A DNA stretch of 64,000 nucleotides from Eledone cirrhosa (taxonomy: Eukaryota), in assembly GCA_964016885.1 (NCBI GenBank), contig OZ024744.1:79918001-79982000 (forward strand), in the 5' to 3' direction. The position numbers were made by a program, and so were the translations under genes. Positions 11,655 to 24,197 of this stretch are shown piece by piece. The notes beneath the pieces are model-generated. The model did not search any database. It was not told where the DNA came from and saw nothing but the letters and a program-made list of their open reading frames with translations. Position 1 is the stretch's first letter; every line of letters begins with the position of its first letter.

Positions 11655-13432
11655 ACTCAGGCCAGATGGGAAATGTAGGCCTTCAAAACTGGTAAAAGGC
11701 CCAAACCAGATGCGAAATGCAGGCCTTCAAAATTGTTAATAGGCCCAAACCAGAATTAAAATGTAGGGCCTTAAAACTGGTAATAGGCCCAGACCAGATG
11801 TGAAATGTAGGCCCTCAAAACTGGTAATAGGCTGAGAGCAGATGTGAAATGTAGGCCCGTAAAACTGGTAATAGGCCGAGAGCAGATGTGAAATGTAGCC
11901 CCTTAAAACTGGTAATAGGCTGAGAGCAGATGTGAAATGTAGGCCCTTCAAACTGGTAATAGGCTGAGAGCAGATCTAAAATGTAGGCCCTCAAAACTGG
12001 TAATAAGCTGAGAGCAGATGTGAAATGTAGGCCCTTAAAACTGGTAAAAGGCCCAGACCAGATGTGAAATATAAGCCCTTAAAACTGGTAATTGGCCCAG
12101 ACCAGATGTGAAATGTAGGGCCTTAAAACTGGTAATAGGCCCAGACCAGATGTGAAATGTAGGCCCTCAAAACTGGTAATAGGCTGAGAGCAGATGTGAA
12201 ATTTAGGCCCTTAAAACTGGTAATAGGCCAAGAGCAGATGTGAAATGTAGGGCCTTAAAACTGGTAATAGGCCCAGACCAGATGTGAAGTGTAGGCCCTG
12301 AAAACTGGTAATAGGCTGAGAGCAGATGTGAAATGTAGGCCCTTAAAACTGGTAATAGGCCGAGAGCAGATGTGAAATGTAGGCCCATAAAACTGGTAAT
12401 AGGCCGAGAGCAGATGTGAAATGTAGGCCCTTAAAACTGGTAATAGGCCGAGAGCAGATATGAAATGTAGGCCCACAAAACTGGTAATAAGCCGAGAGCA
12501 GATGTGAAATGTAGGCCCTTAAAACTGGTAATAGGCACAGACCAGATGTGAAATATAAGCCCTTAAAACTGGTAATTGGCCCAGACCAGATGTGAAATGT
12601 AGGGCCTTAAAACTGGTAATAGGCCCAGACCAGATGTGAAATGTAGGCCCTCAAAACTGGTAATAGGCCGAGAGCAGATGTGAAATGTAGGCCCTTAAAA
12701 CTGGTAATAGGCCGAGAGCAGATGTGAAATGTAGGCCCTTAAAACTGGTAATAGGCCGAGAGCAGATGTGAAATGTAGGCCCTTAAAACTGGTAATAGGC
12801 CGAGAGCAGATGTGAAATGTAGGCCCTTAAAACTGGTAATAGGCCGAGAGCAGATGTGAAATGTAGGCCCTTAAAACTGGTAATAGGCCGAGAACAGATG
12901 TGAAATGTAGGCCCTTAAAACTGGTAATAGGCCGAGAGCAGATGTGAAATGTAGGCCCTTAAAACTGGTAATAGGCCCAGACCAGATGTGAAATGTAGGC
13001 CCTTAAAACTGGTAATAGGCCGAGAGCAGATGTGAAATGTAGGGCCTTAAAACTGGTAATAGGCCCAGACCAGATGTGAAATGTAGGCCCTTAAAACTGG
13101 TAATAGGCTGAGAGCAGATGTGAAATGTAGGCCCTTAAAACTGGTAATAGGCCGAGAGCAGATGTGAAATGTAGGCCCTTAAAACTGGTAATAGGCCGAG
13201 AACAGATGTGAAATGTAGGCCCTTAAAACTGGTAATAGGCCGAGAGCAGATGTGAAATGTAGGCCCTTAAAACTGGTAATAGGCCGAGAGCAGATGTGAA
13301 ATGTAGGCCCTTAAAACTGGTAATAGGCCGAGAGCAGATGTGAAATGTAGGCCCTTAAAACTGGTAATAGGCCGAGAACAGATGTGAAATGTAGGCCCTT
13401 AAAACTGGTAATAGGCCGAGAACAGATGTGAA
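11655..13432. repeat. 44-bp minisatellite, about 40 copies
   Basis: Unit gagcagatgtgaaatgtaggcccttaaaactggtaataggccga in head-to-tail array with no unique spacers. Confidence 0.97.
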
Positions 13433-13454
13433 AACATAGTCTCTAGAAAGAAAC

Positions 13455-13600
13455 AATGATTTATTTATTTGTCTACATAGTCCCTGGAAAGAAACAATGC
13501 AGTTATCTATAAGAAGAGTTGAAATTATTGCATGGAAGATTTCACAGCACAAGCATCATACATTTATAGCCAGCCTATGAACTTTTCGGCCAACCTTTGT
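13455..13600 (-). mobile_element. Partial mariner-type MITE
   Basis: Reverse-complement homolog of 15557-15757; ends cagcctatgaacttttcggccaacctttg-ta. Confidence 0.6.
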
Positions 13601-13742
13601 AGGTAGCACTGATGCAAGCTATGCTGCAGCTAGCTAAGCAGCATACACAACAACAGTAGGAGGAAGAGGAGGAGATAATAATAATAAGTAATCAAAGACA
13701 ACAAGTCATTCCAATAAATTCTTTCAAAAAATTCTTACTTAC

Positions 13743-13797
13743 CATAGAATCATTTTCATTGATACAAATGTCTTTTGAAGGATCAGACTGAAGAGTG
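13743..13797 (-). CDS. 55-bp coding exon of the same host gene
   Basis: Acceptor ttttcatgtattttcag| and consensus donor ATG|gtaagt; reads (x)TLQSDPSKDICINENDSM and ends in phase 0, matching the phase-0 start of exon 6450-7269. Confidence 0.75.
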
Positions 13798-14107
13798 CTG
13801 AAAATACATGAAAATAGAAAAAGGTTATTGAGAAGGATAAAAGAAATTTTATTTATTTGTAAAAATGAATAAATGAATATTCATTTTCTTATGCCTTCCA
13901 TTGGCCTTCAATATTTCAAATTTTATTTTATTCTATTTTACAGTGTTCATAATCTGTTTTAAAGTGTTCATAATTTACATTAGAAATTTTACTATAAATT
14001 TAAACTTTCCATCTAACTTTGCCTTTCATCCTTACGGGGTCGATAAAATAAAGTACCAGTAATGCACTGGGTAATTGTTGGCCTTGTGCCAAAAGTAGAA
14101 ACAATTA

Positions 14108-14630
14108 TTTTATGTAAAAATCTTTGTTAAGTTATACTCCAGTCACAAACTTAACTATTAAATAATGAATCCATCTAAGACCACCACCCCTGGTTCTATG
14201 ATATGAAAACCTGTTTTAAAGTGTTCATATTTAAATTAGAATTCTCAATTTAAATTGAAACCTTCCATCATAATTTTATGTAAAAACCTTTGTTAAGTTA
14301 TACTCCAGTCACAAACTTAACTATTAAATAATGAATCCATCTAAGACCACCACCCCTGGTTCTATGATATGAAAACCTGTTTCAAAGTGTTCATATTTAA
14401 ATTAGAATTCTCAATTTAAATTGAAACCTTCCATCATAATTTTATGTAAAAACCTTTGTTATGTTATACTCCAGACGCCAACTTAAATAACCCCCCTGAA
14501 ACAGCAACTTCTAGTTCTACGATACAAAAAAAAAACATCTGTTTTAAAGTGTTTGCACTTAAATGAAAACCTTCAATTATTATTTTATGTAAGAATGTTT
14601 TGTTAAGTTATATTCCAGACACTGGTTTAA
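14108..14630. repeat. 166-bp tandem duplication derived from an interspersed AT-rich MITE-like family
   Basis: gttatactccag recurs at 14131, 14297 and 14463; related dispersed copies at ~22665, 23055, 36525 and 60350. Confidence 0.85.
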
Positions 14631-14847
14631 TATAGCAATCAATTATCATCATCATCATCATTTAACGTCTACTTTCCTTGCTATCATATTTCATTACAAA
14701 TATGGTAAGGAAAGGGTTAAATAACTAAGATTCATATGGTTTAGAAAGAGCAGAACATGAAGCTAACCGTCTCTGCTCTGCACTTTTTGTTAACAGACTT
14801 AAAGCAAGTAGAGTTATGTACCCTTGTACAACTGTACACTACAATGT

Positions 14848-15060
14848 TGGTGGTGGTAGTAAGTGGTAATGGTAGCGGTGGTGGTGGTGGTAGTAGTGGT
14901 GGTGGTGGTGGTGGTAGTGGTGGTGGTGGTGGTGGTGGTGGTGGTAGTAGTGGTGGTGGTGGTGGTAGTGATGGTAGTAGTGGGACCAGTGATAGTAGTA
15001 GTGGTGGTGGTGGTGGTAGTGATGGTAGTAGTGGTGGTGGTAGTGGCAGCGGTAGTAGTT
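14848..15060. repeat. (GGT/AGT)n microsatellite
   Basis: Direct reading. Confidence 0.95.
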
Positions 15061-15556
15061 GAAGGCATGACCTATGTGACCTTGAGATTAGTAATCTAGT
15101 GCTGAATGTAATGACACTCTAAAGAAGAGGAGCATGAGGTCATGACTGACCATGAGGTTGCATCTGGAAGTTCCTCTCCAGAATACAACAAGCCTGGACA
15201 GGGTGTTTTTTGTGAAAGACCAGCAGTCTCCCATGCATAACATTCTCCTCCATTCCACCGATCCCCAATGGAAAGGCAAAGGTTAATACAGCTTGGCAAT
15301 CCAGTAACATACACTATATATACAATATACACACTGTATATACACTATACACACTATACATACACTATACATACACTATACACATATATATATACAATAT
15401 ACACAGTATATATATAATGTATATATAATGTATATATAATGTATATATAATGTATATATACACTATATACACTATATATGATATCTAAGGGAAAGGCAAA
15501 GACTGATACAGCTTTGTATGAGTGGCTTCACAACTGACTTAAACTATACACACACA

Positions 15557-15757
15557 CTCGGGTAGATTGAAAAGTTCATAGGCTGATTATGAAGGAGTGA
15601 TGCTAGAGCTGTGAAATCTTGCATGCATCAATTTGAATTCTTCTTATTAAATAACTGTAATGTTTCTTTCCAGGGTCTATGTTGAAAAATAAACCTCATT
15701 TGGTCATTCCATGAGAGTATCTTGGTCAGCATATGAACTTTTCAGTCAAACCTCGTA
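15557..15757 (+). mobile_element. Mariner-type MITE (~200 bp)
   Basis: Imperfect TIRs gattgaaaagttcataggctga / tcagcatatgaacttttcagtcaaacctcg followed by TA. Confidence 0.65.
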
Positions 15758-16491
15758 GTTAGAGTTAGGTGAAAGGAGACAAGCTTCAGGCATTCACAGT
15801 TGGGTGGGGGACATTGATGTTCTGTTTAAAATTCTGAAGGATGGAAGGAAATTCTAAGGAGTTGATATCCTTGGAAGAAGGAGTAGGCATAATGGTAAGA
15901 GCTGGGCCATGTGGGTGTATGTTGGGGTGGGGGTGACAATACACCCACTGTACCAATAACAAGAGCAAATGCAGGCTGGTTTTGGCAGTTTCAAGACGAA
16001 TAGGTGATATGTAACTAGTTAATTTAAGGCACACTGTAAAGTGATCATGATGGTGATATGGCAAAAACTGCCCAGACCACACAGTAAAGTGGTCATGTAG
16101 GTGTCATGACAAAAAGCGGCCAGTACTCACTATAAATGAGGTTGGCATTAGGAAGGGCATCCAGCTGTAGAAACCAAGCCCAAATCAGTTCTGTATGAGC
16201 AAGACATGGTCACAACAGGACAACTTGTCTAACCTATGCTAGTGTGGAAAAATGGACATAAAATGGAGATGATGATGATAAAGAAGAACAGACCATTTTA
16301 GTAATGGTGGAAAAGGCAGAGTGTGTTGGTGAGTAATTGTTTGTTAGCAGTTTAGTATGTACCTGACAAGTTCAGAAGAATAGTGGCTGTTATAGTAGAG
16401 GTATAATAGACAGAAAGAGCAGACAAATTGGTTGATGAGACAGAGGTTGTAGTTTGCTGATGATTTATTCTTTTGGGTATAATTGTGTGTG

Positions 16492-16526
<35 letters not shown>

Positions 16527-16905
16527 CAACAGCAGCAGCAAATATAAATGTAGAAACAGCACACTATTGTGGGTTTTACACGAGTTTTGTAGCTGATGAG
16601 GGCTGAAGTATCCCCTGGTCCTGAAGAAAAAGGGTGGACTCTGCAACACAGTTTTTAGTTCAGATCCAGCCCACACTGTAAAGTGGTTGTGTTGGAGTCA
16701 CATTACAAAACATCCAGCCCACAATGTAAAGTGGTCATGTAGGTGTCATGGCAAAAAGCACCCAGTACACACTGTAGCATCCAGCTGTAGAAACCAAGCC
16801 CAAATCAGTTCTGTATGAGCAAGACATGGTTATCTGATCTGTCTTGCTTCACAGCGGGACAATTCCTCTAACCCATGCTAGCGTGGAAGAATGGACGTTA
16901 AACAG

Positions 16906-16954
<49 letters not shown>

Positions 16955-17129
16955 TGTAGCATCACCAGGAAACATTATTAGATTTGTGATCTCTAACATA
17001 TTCTAAGGGGTTTTAAGTTGCCCAAGACCAGAGAACAATTATATATAACGCCAACTCCCCAATGTTACCCAGGCTTAGCATGGTTTTTAACAAAATGTAG
17101 TAAGGGTAGAATTTAAGGGACCGTATTTA

Positions 17130-17440
17130 ATAGAAGAGACTAGCAAGCTCAAAGGAGTAGAGACCATTGTTGTAATAATAGAAGGGACAGGGCAGGTGAG
17201 AGCACACCTGTGGGCCAGAGACTAGCTAGATATGAGGAGCAGAATCCAATGTTGTAATGATAAAAGTAGAAGGAGACAGGGGACAGCACACCTGTGGGCC
17301 AGAGACTAGCAAGTTAAGAATGGCAAAGACCATTGTTGTAATGATAGAAGTGGCAGAGACAGGAGACAGCTCATCTGTGGACCTGAGACTAGCAAACCAT
17401 GAGGAACAGAAACAATCGTAATGATAGAAGTGGCACATAC
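17130..17440. repeat. ~84-bp diverged tandem repeat, 3-4 copies
   Basis: gagactagc recurs at ~17136, 17218, 17302 and 17386, with ccattgttgtaatgatagaag between. Confidence 0.8.
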
Positions 17441-17857
17441 TTCTAAATCTTTCCAAATTTTTTATTATTTTCATTTCAGAACAAATTGAAAGACGTAGGC
17501 AGTGTGTTTTATTAGAAATATGGTAATGAAAAGGTTAAATAAATTAGAAGCTTAGAAGTTTTTGATTTATTGGTATAAGAAAGACTTATGAAAACATCAT
17601 AGGCAGAACATAAAAACAATGGTGAAGAATTAAAAATAGGAAAACTTAAAACAAAAAACAAAAATATTAGACACCATCAAAGAGTGAAAACTTAAAATAT
17701 GTTGTACAATGGCAAAAAACAAAAAGCAAAACAAAAATGGCTTATAAAGATTGTTAATACAAAGCAAAAATAAAACAGGAGAGAAGAAGGGAGTTAGGCG
17801 GGGGAACGTAAAATTATGAAAATGGATAATTTCCGTTACCATATTTTTAATAATAAT

Positions 17858-18272
17858 AATTGTTTCTACTATTGGCACAAGGCCAGCAATTTCCCCAGTG
17901 CATTACTGGTACTTTATTTTATCGACCCCGTAAGGATGAAAGGCAAAGTTAACCTCGGCAGGATTTGAACTCAGAATGGCAAGGGCCGTAACTCTATGCG
18001 TCAAAGCATGGCGTCCGACCCTCTACTGATACTGCCAATTCACCGCACTTTTAATAATTTATTATTAAAAGGGCGGTGAATTTTTAATAATAATAATGTT
18101 TCTACTTTTGGCACAAGGCCAGCAATTGTCCCAGTGCATTACTGGTACTTTATTTTATCAACCTCATAAGGATGAAAGGCAAAGTTAACCTTGGTCGGAT
18201 TTGAACTCAGAATGTAAAGGGTCATAACTATGCTGCAAAGCATGGCGTCTGACGCTCTACCGATACTGCCAA
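17858..18272 (-). mobile_element. Two adjacent SINE family A copies
   Basis: Reverse complements of the 9942-10130 sequence at ~17858-18047 and ~18095-18272. Confidence 0.85.
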
Positions 18273-18666
18273 TGAAAATTATTGTATACAGTGCTGAAAG
18301 AAGACATTTCTAAAGTGTTGCAAATAATTTCTGATGAAAATAGTCAAGAATTTGAAGGGATTTAGTACAATGTTCAACTTTTAACATCCAAAGTGGTGTA
18401 CAAGAGAGAAGACTGCATTGGTATGGAAATGTGATGTCCATGAATCAAGATCACTTGGTGAAGAAGTGCCAAAAAATCCAAGTGTGGGGGTGGGGGGTGG
18501 AGGCAGACCAAGGAAGACCTGGACAGAGGTGGTGAGAGCTGACCTCAAAATAGCTGAGACACACAGAGGAGATGATGAAGGAATGCAGTAAGTGAAAAGA
18601 TGCTGTGCTTAAAAGGACCCATCCAACCCAAGCAAGTGTGGGGAAAAAAAAATGTATGTAAAAACA

Positions 18667-19200
18667 ATGATGGTGATAATGATGATGATGATGGTGATGG
18701 TGATAATGATGATGATGATGGTGATAATGATGATGATGGTGATGATTGTGATGACGATGGTGGTGACGGTGGTGATAGTGATGATGGTGGTGATGGTGAT
18801 AATAGTGATGATGGTGATAATGGTGATGATGGTGATAATGGTGATGATGGTGATAATGGTGATAATGGTGATGGTGATGGTGATGATGGTGGTGACGGTG
18901 GTGGTGATGGTGGTGATGGTGATGATGTGGTGATGGTGGTGATGGTGGTGATGATGGTGATGATGGTGGTGGTGGTGATAGTGATAATGATGGTGATGGT
19001 GATGATGGTGATAGTTATAATGATGGTGATGGTGGTGGTGATAGTGATAATGATGGTGATGGCGATGATGGTGGTGGTGGTGATGATAGTGATAGTGATG
19101 GTGGTGGTGATGATGGTGGTGGTGGTGATAGTGATAGTGATGGTGGTGATGGTGGTGGTGGTGATAGTGATTGTGATGGTGATGGTGGTGGTGGTGATGA
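18667..19200. repeat. (GAT/GGT)n compound microsatellite
   Basis: Direct reading; follows an RTE 3' remnant at ~18380-18640. Confidence 0.95.
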
Positions 19201-19609
19201 TTTGTAAGCTGATATTTGAAGCAATATTTAAACAAAAAGTTCTAAACATAAAAATTATGATGGAAAGTTTTTAGTAAGCAGAAAGCATGAGATTAAACCA
19301 GCTGATAGTGGACAAGACTTGATGGTGATGATGGATACTACAGAGTATGTGAATTGAGACAAAGGAAGAATGATATAAAGAAGAAAGAGAAGTAGGCACA
19401 AGTGTGTGTGGGGGGGGGGGGTATGTATCTATCATTTTCAGAGGAGCAGAGACCATTGTAGTAGTGAAAAAAGAGAGAGAGAGAGAGAAAAGACAGTATC
19501 TCTATAAGCAGTTGTTGTTGGTGGTGGTGGTGGTGGTGACATAGTAAATACCATTCTGCATTCTGATAATCTTTTACAGGATGTTTAGTTGGAATGTCAT
19601 CCATATTCC

Positions 19610-20125
19610 ACCATGACCACCACCGCCACTACACTACCATCACCATCGTTACACTCTTACTACCACCACTATCACACTCCTACCACTACTGCCACTACAC
19701 TATACCATCACCACCACTATTGTTACTGCTACACTACCACCACCACCACCCCCACCACTACACTACCATCACCACTAGCACCAATTACACTCCTACCACC
19801 ACCACTACAGTCCTACCACCACCACTAGCACCATTACATTTCTACCACCAGCACCATTACACCACCACCACCACATCTATTATTACTGCTACACTACCAT
19901 CACCACTAGCACCATTACACTCCTACCACCACTACCTCCACCACTACTACCATCACCACCAGCACTGTTACAATCCTACCACAAGTGACATCCACCACCA
20001 CTTCTATTATTACTGCTACACTACCACCACCACTACACTACCATCACCACTAGCACCACTACACTCCTACCACCACCACCACCACCACCACCACGAAACA
20101 CCATCATCATCATCATCATTATCCT
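19610..20125. repeat. (CAC/CAT/TAC)n compound microsatellite
   Basis: Direct reading. Confidence 0.92.
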
Positions 20126-20721
20126 AACAAGCATCAAACAGCTGTACAATCATCAGCTTAGCATTGTTATTTTTAACTTTCAGGGAATAAAGTACCTTAT
20201 TTACTCACTGCAGAAAACTGCAACCCCACCCACCCCACCCTCAATAAAAAAAAACACAAACTAACCCTTCTTTACATGACCGATTATCACTGAAACAGAA
20301 TGCCATGCTAAGGAACCCCTAAATAATTTACAAATATACTGCTTAGACTGGGGGGTGTATAAAGAATCTGTCGTGCTTACTCCCCCCCCCCCCCTCCTTC
20401 CTATATTTATTTTTGTTATTTAATTTTTTTTATATTTTATTTTCTTAATATGTAAAAGTTGATGAATTGTAAATATTTTGTTGTTGTTTTTCAATAAAGT
20501 TCTGTTAATGCTAAGGAAAATTTAAAAAAAAAAAAAATTGAAATAAAAAAAAATGCAGATAATACAAAATTAATGTTTCTACCCCATGTTTACTTTTGTT
20601 GAATGCTGTTACACTAAAAATTCTTAAGAAAATAATAAAAATAATATTATATTTATATATATATATTTATATATACATACACACATATACATATATATAT
20701 ATATAGGTAAAATCCCGACTG

Positions 20722-20756
<35 letters not shown>

Positions 20757-20898
20757 CCTCCCTCCCTCTCTCTCCCCCTCTCTCCCCCTCTCTCTCTCTA
20801 TATATATATATAGTAATAATAATAAATTTGAAGACTAAAATCCAAAGAGGGCTCGATAAGGATAAATATATATCAAATATATAAGAACCGTAGAGCAA

Positions 20899-21036
20899 AT
20901 ATTTATTAAAATAACAGATTAAAGTTAAAACAAAGAATCGGTGCTTTCACCCTTAACGGGATCTTCTGAAACTACCCGTTAAGGCTGAAAGCAGCGATTC
21001 TTTGCTTAAACTTTAATCTGTTATTTTAATAAATAT
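20899..21036. repeat. Inverted repeat (~62-bp arms), Penelope-like foldback
   Basis: atatttattaaaataacagattaaag...cccttaacggg / cccgttaagg...ctttaatctgttattttaataaatat; half copy at ~34342-34390. Confidence 0.8.
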
Positions 21037-21124
21037 ATATATATACGTTATTCCGGGTTGAATCGGAGGTACCCACAGTAAGTAAGGTACTCAATACATT
21101 GCAGAGTATAAAAGTTTTAATATA

Positions 21125-21183
21125 GATGAGATTCTACAGGACTAGAACTGTTTCATTCTTTAGAAATCATCAGGAATCTCATC
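21125..21183 (-). ncRNA. Type I hammerhead ribozyme motif (minus strand)
   Basis: Reverse complement reads gatgagattc-CTGATGA-tttctaaagaat-GAAA-cag(ttctagtc)ctg-TA-gaatctcatc: complete core, 10-bp stem I, stem III, GUA cleavage triplet; stem II closed by a non-canonical U.U. Confidence 0.7.
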
Positions 21184-21234
21184 AGATTCCTGATGATTTC
21201 TAAAAAATGAAACAGTTCTAGTCCTGTAGAATCT
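21184..21234 (+). ncRNA. Type I hammerhead ribozyme motif (plus strand, inverted twin)
   Basis: agattc-CTGATGA-tttctaaaaaat-GAAA-cag(ttctagtc)ctg-TA-gaatct; weak stem II. Confidence 0.6.
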
Positions 21235-21236
21235 CA

Positions 21237-21322
<86 letters not shown>

Positions 21323-21667
21323 AGATCAAAAGATGGTTAAAAGAGTTCCATGTATTTTATTATGCACATTTCAAAAACAAATATCATCATGGGATGATAT
21401 CTGCGTTCTCATCAGATAAAATAGGGAGACATGATATGAAGCTTAAAAAACACTTGTGAATAGTGAAGTTTTAAATCAACATATGAAAAATAAATTAAGA
21501 TTGATGTACGAGATTGGGAAAAAGTGAGGGGGGTTGGAAAAGGTAAGGAAGAGGAGATGAGAGTAAAGAATGGTGGGGGAGGAGTATAATAAGGAAGGAT
21601 GAGAGAGGAGAGATGGGTGATAGAGAGAGAGATAGCCTTTACAATTGAGAAAAAAATATATATTGTC

Positions 21668-22460
21668 TCACAGAGATGTTACATAGCAGTGAGACATGGG
21701 CCTTGTGTGCAGAGGATCTACGCAGACTGGAGAGGAACGAAGCTTGCATGCTCCGTTGGATGTGTAATAGTAATATACGCAAACGGCAAAGCATAAATGA
21801 GCTAAGTGAGAAATTAGGAATAAGAGGGATCAGATGGTGTTTACTCGAGAGAAGACTACGTTGGTATGGTCACGTGATGCACATGAAAGACGACAGCTGT
21901 ATAAAAAAGTGCAGGGCAATCAAAATAGACGGTAGCTACGGAGTAGGCAGACCCAGAAAAACCTGGGACGACTTGATAAAATCCGACCTCACACACTTAC
22001 ACCTCTCCAAGACAATGTCACTGGACCGAGATCTTTGACGCTACATAGTAATACAAAAGACCCGGCTTGCCTAAGTACAAAGCGAAACCTACAGTCAGTA
22101 GGCACCTCTTAACCAAAATACACCCCCGTCCCAACCCTACCCCCACGCCATCTACACCACCCCTTTCGATGTAAAGCTATGTTGGTACCACAACATCCAG
22201 TCCTAAATAAATGAGGTCATGTAGGTGTCACGACAAAAAAACACACAGTCCACGCTGTAATGTGGCTGTGTAGGTAACACGGTAAAAACCTCCCAGTCCA
22301 CACTGTAAATGTGGTTGGTGTTAGGAAGGGCATCCAGCCATAGAAAACCCACCAGACAGTCCTGAGCAAGACAACCAATCTTGCCTCAAGTGGGACAATT
22401 CCCGTCCAGACCCATGCTAGCATGGAAAATGGACGTTAAACGATGATAATGATGATGATG
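21668..22460 (+). mobile_element. 5'-truncated RTE LINE (subfamily 1)
   Basis: ORF 21676-22038 MLHSSETWAL...RRLRWYGHV...GRPRKTW; 3' UTR; ggacgttaaacgatgataatgatg tail. Confidence 0.92.
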
Positions 22461-22787
22461 CATAACTAAGAAACATTTTAATTTTTCACTGGAAAATAGA
22501 TTTTCACTGGAAAATAGTAATAATTATTGTTTGTAATATGCAAGAAATTTACATATTATCTGTGTGTGTGTGATTTCTCCTTTTAAGGTAAATACTTAAA
22601 AGAAAGAGGAATGGCAAAATAGAAGCTAACAAAGTAGCTTCTACAGTCAGTTGTCCAACACATTTCACCCTTTTGATACCAAACTACCAGAACTACCCCT
22701 AGTTCTACGAAACAAAGCTGTTTATTTTAAGGTGTTCATATTTATCTAAAAACTTCCCATCATAATTAATTGTATGTAAGAACCTTT

Positions 22788-23000
22788 GTTTAGCATTACT
22801 CTATATTTACTATTGTATTTTCATAGTAAAGACTTTACCCTACATGATTATCTCACATAATATTGAATCTATGAGATTATGATATTATTTATTTTGAGAA
22901 CAATACCTTAACATCAGTATGAGTGGCCAGTTACAGCCAGTTTGAACAGAAAGAGGTGAGAGAATTCTGGCTGGATACGGCCAATTTAAATGCTAAAGGG
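22788..23000. mobile_element. piggyBac-type MITE family P (left end damaged)
   Basis: Right TIR tttaaatgctaaaggg followed by TTAA; homologous to 63212-63415. Confidence 0.75.
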
Positions 23001-24197
23001 TTAAACTACTAACTACATGGTTAATAGCTTGAATCTCACACAGGCATTATCTTAATAATATATTTAACTTCTTTATGGTGTTTGGAACTTAACTTAAGAA
23101 AGGTTCTTGCATAAAATTATAATGGAAGGTTTTTAGATAAATATAAAGACTTTAAAACAAAATTTATTTAATAAAACCAAGGGTAGTTTCAGCTAGATTG
23201 GTAATAAAATGGTTAATACTATTTCAGTTCACCTGCATTCCACAACTTGTGCAAGTCAACGCTGCACATCAAATATATTGTATGTAACTCATTCCTCCTG
23301 TCAGGACCCACTGGAAGGAGTGTTTGAGGACTCAATGACCCTCTCAGGAATAAGTGGGCAAAGAATAAAAAGAAAAAGGAAAAAGAGGAAGAGGAGGACT
23401 CATTTCTCTCAAGAACCAGTTTATCTATTAATTTATTCTGGCTCTTTGCTTTCTGAGTTCAAATCTCGCAGTGGACTTCTTGAGTGACAGACTTGACCTA
23501 ATGCCCAGTTTAACAACACTACCTGGTCCTTCTTTGAGTGGTTGACTTAATCTGTCACCCAGTTTAACACTAGCACCTGGCCCTTAGGTACCTTTAATAG
23601 TCAGTGCTCACTCTATTGCAAGTGGTGATTTTTTTTTTTTTTTAGTCTAAGGATATCTTTCCCCCTCCCAAATATCCTCAACGACCCTGGAAAGAGTCAT
23701 GGGAAACTGTCGCCCCACCCCCACCCACCCACTTGACTAAACAGTAAACCACAGACACACAAAACCATCACCAACAACTAAAAAAAGAAAAAAAAAACAC
23801 ACACACACAAGACCAAAAACATCATCATCTGACAAGCATGAGAGCTGAGGTCTTTTCATATGAAAAATAAGCTAATTATTAGTTGTATTTACTGATTGGC
23901 AAGCTAATTATAGTTGGTTGTGTTAAGTAGAAGAACTAGAACAAATATGAGGAATTCAATAGAATGGAGTGTTAAGGTTGGAATACAAGTTAGAAACATT
24001 GTGAAAAATAAAATATAAATAAAAGACTGAAAACAATGTGGGGGGGGGAGGGAGAAAAAAGAAGATGAGTAAAATACAAGACAAAAATTCAGAAAAAAAA
24101 ACAAAACCCTTTTAAGTAAATAGGTGAGAAAATAAAGTGTGTGTGTGTGTCTGTGATGTTTCTGTTAGACATTACAAAAATAATAATAATAATAATA

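Noticed and set aside
11655-13432. CRISPR-like regular array
   Set aside because: Head-to-tail units with no unique spacers, no cas genes, eukaryotic context
16590-16640. Hammerhead at ctgatgagggc
   Set aside because: No properly placed GAAA, stem III or stem I
18545-20127. Poly-His/Thr/Asp-Gly ORFs
   Set aside because: Translations of trinucleotide microsatellites; the same applies at 14.8, 26.6, 38.5, 48.6 and 58 kb
23228-23265. Possible minus-strand microexon (cag|gtgaac donor)
   Set aside because: No polypyrimidine tract; lies among repeat remnants
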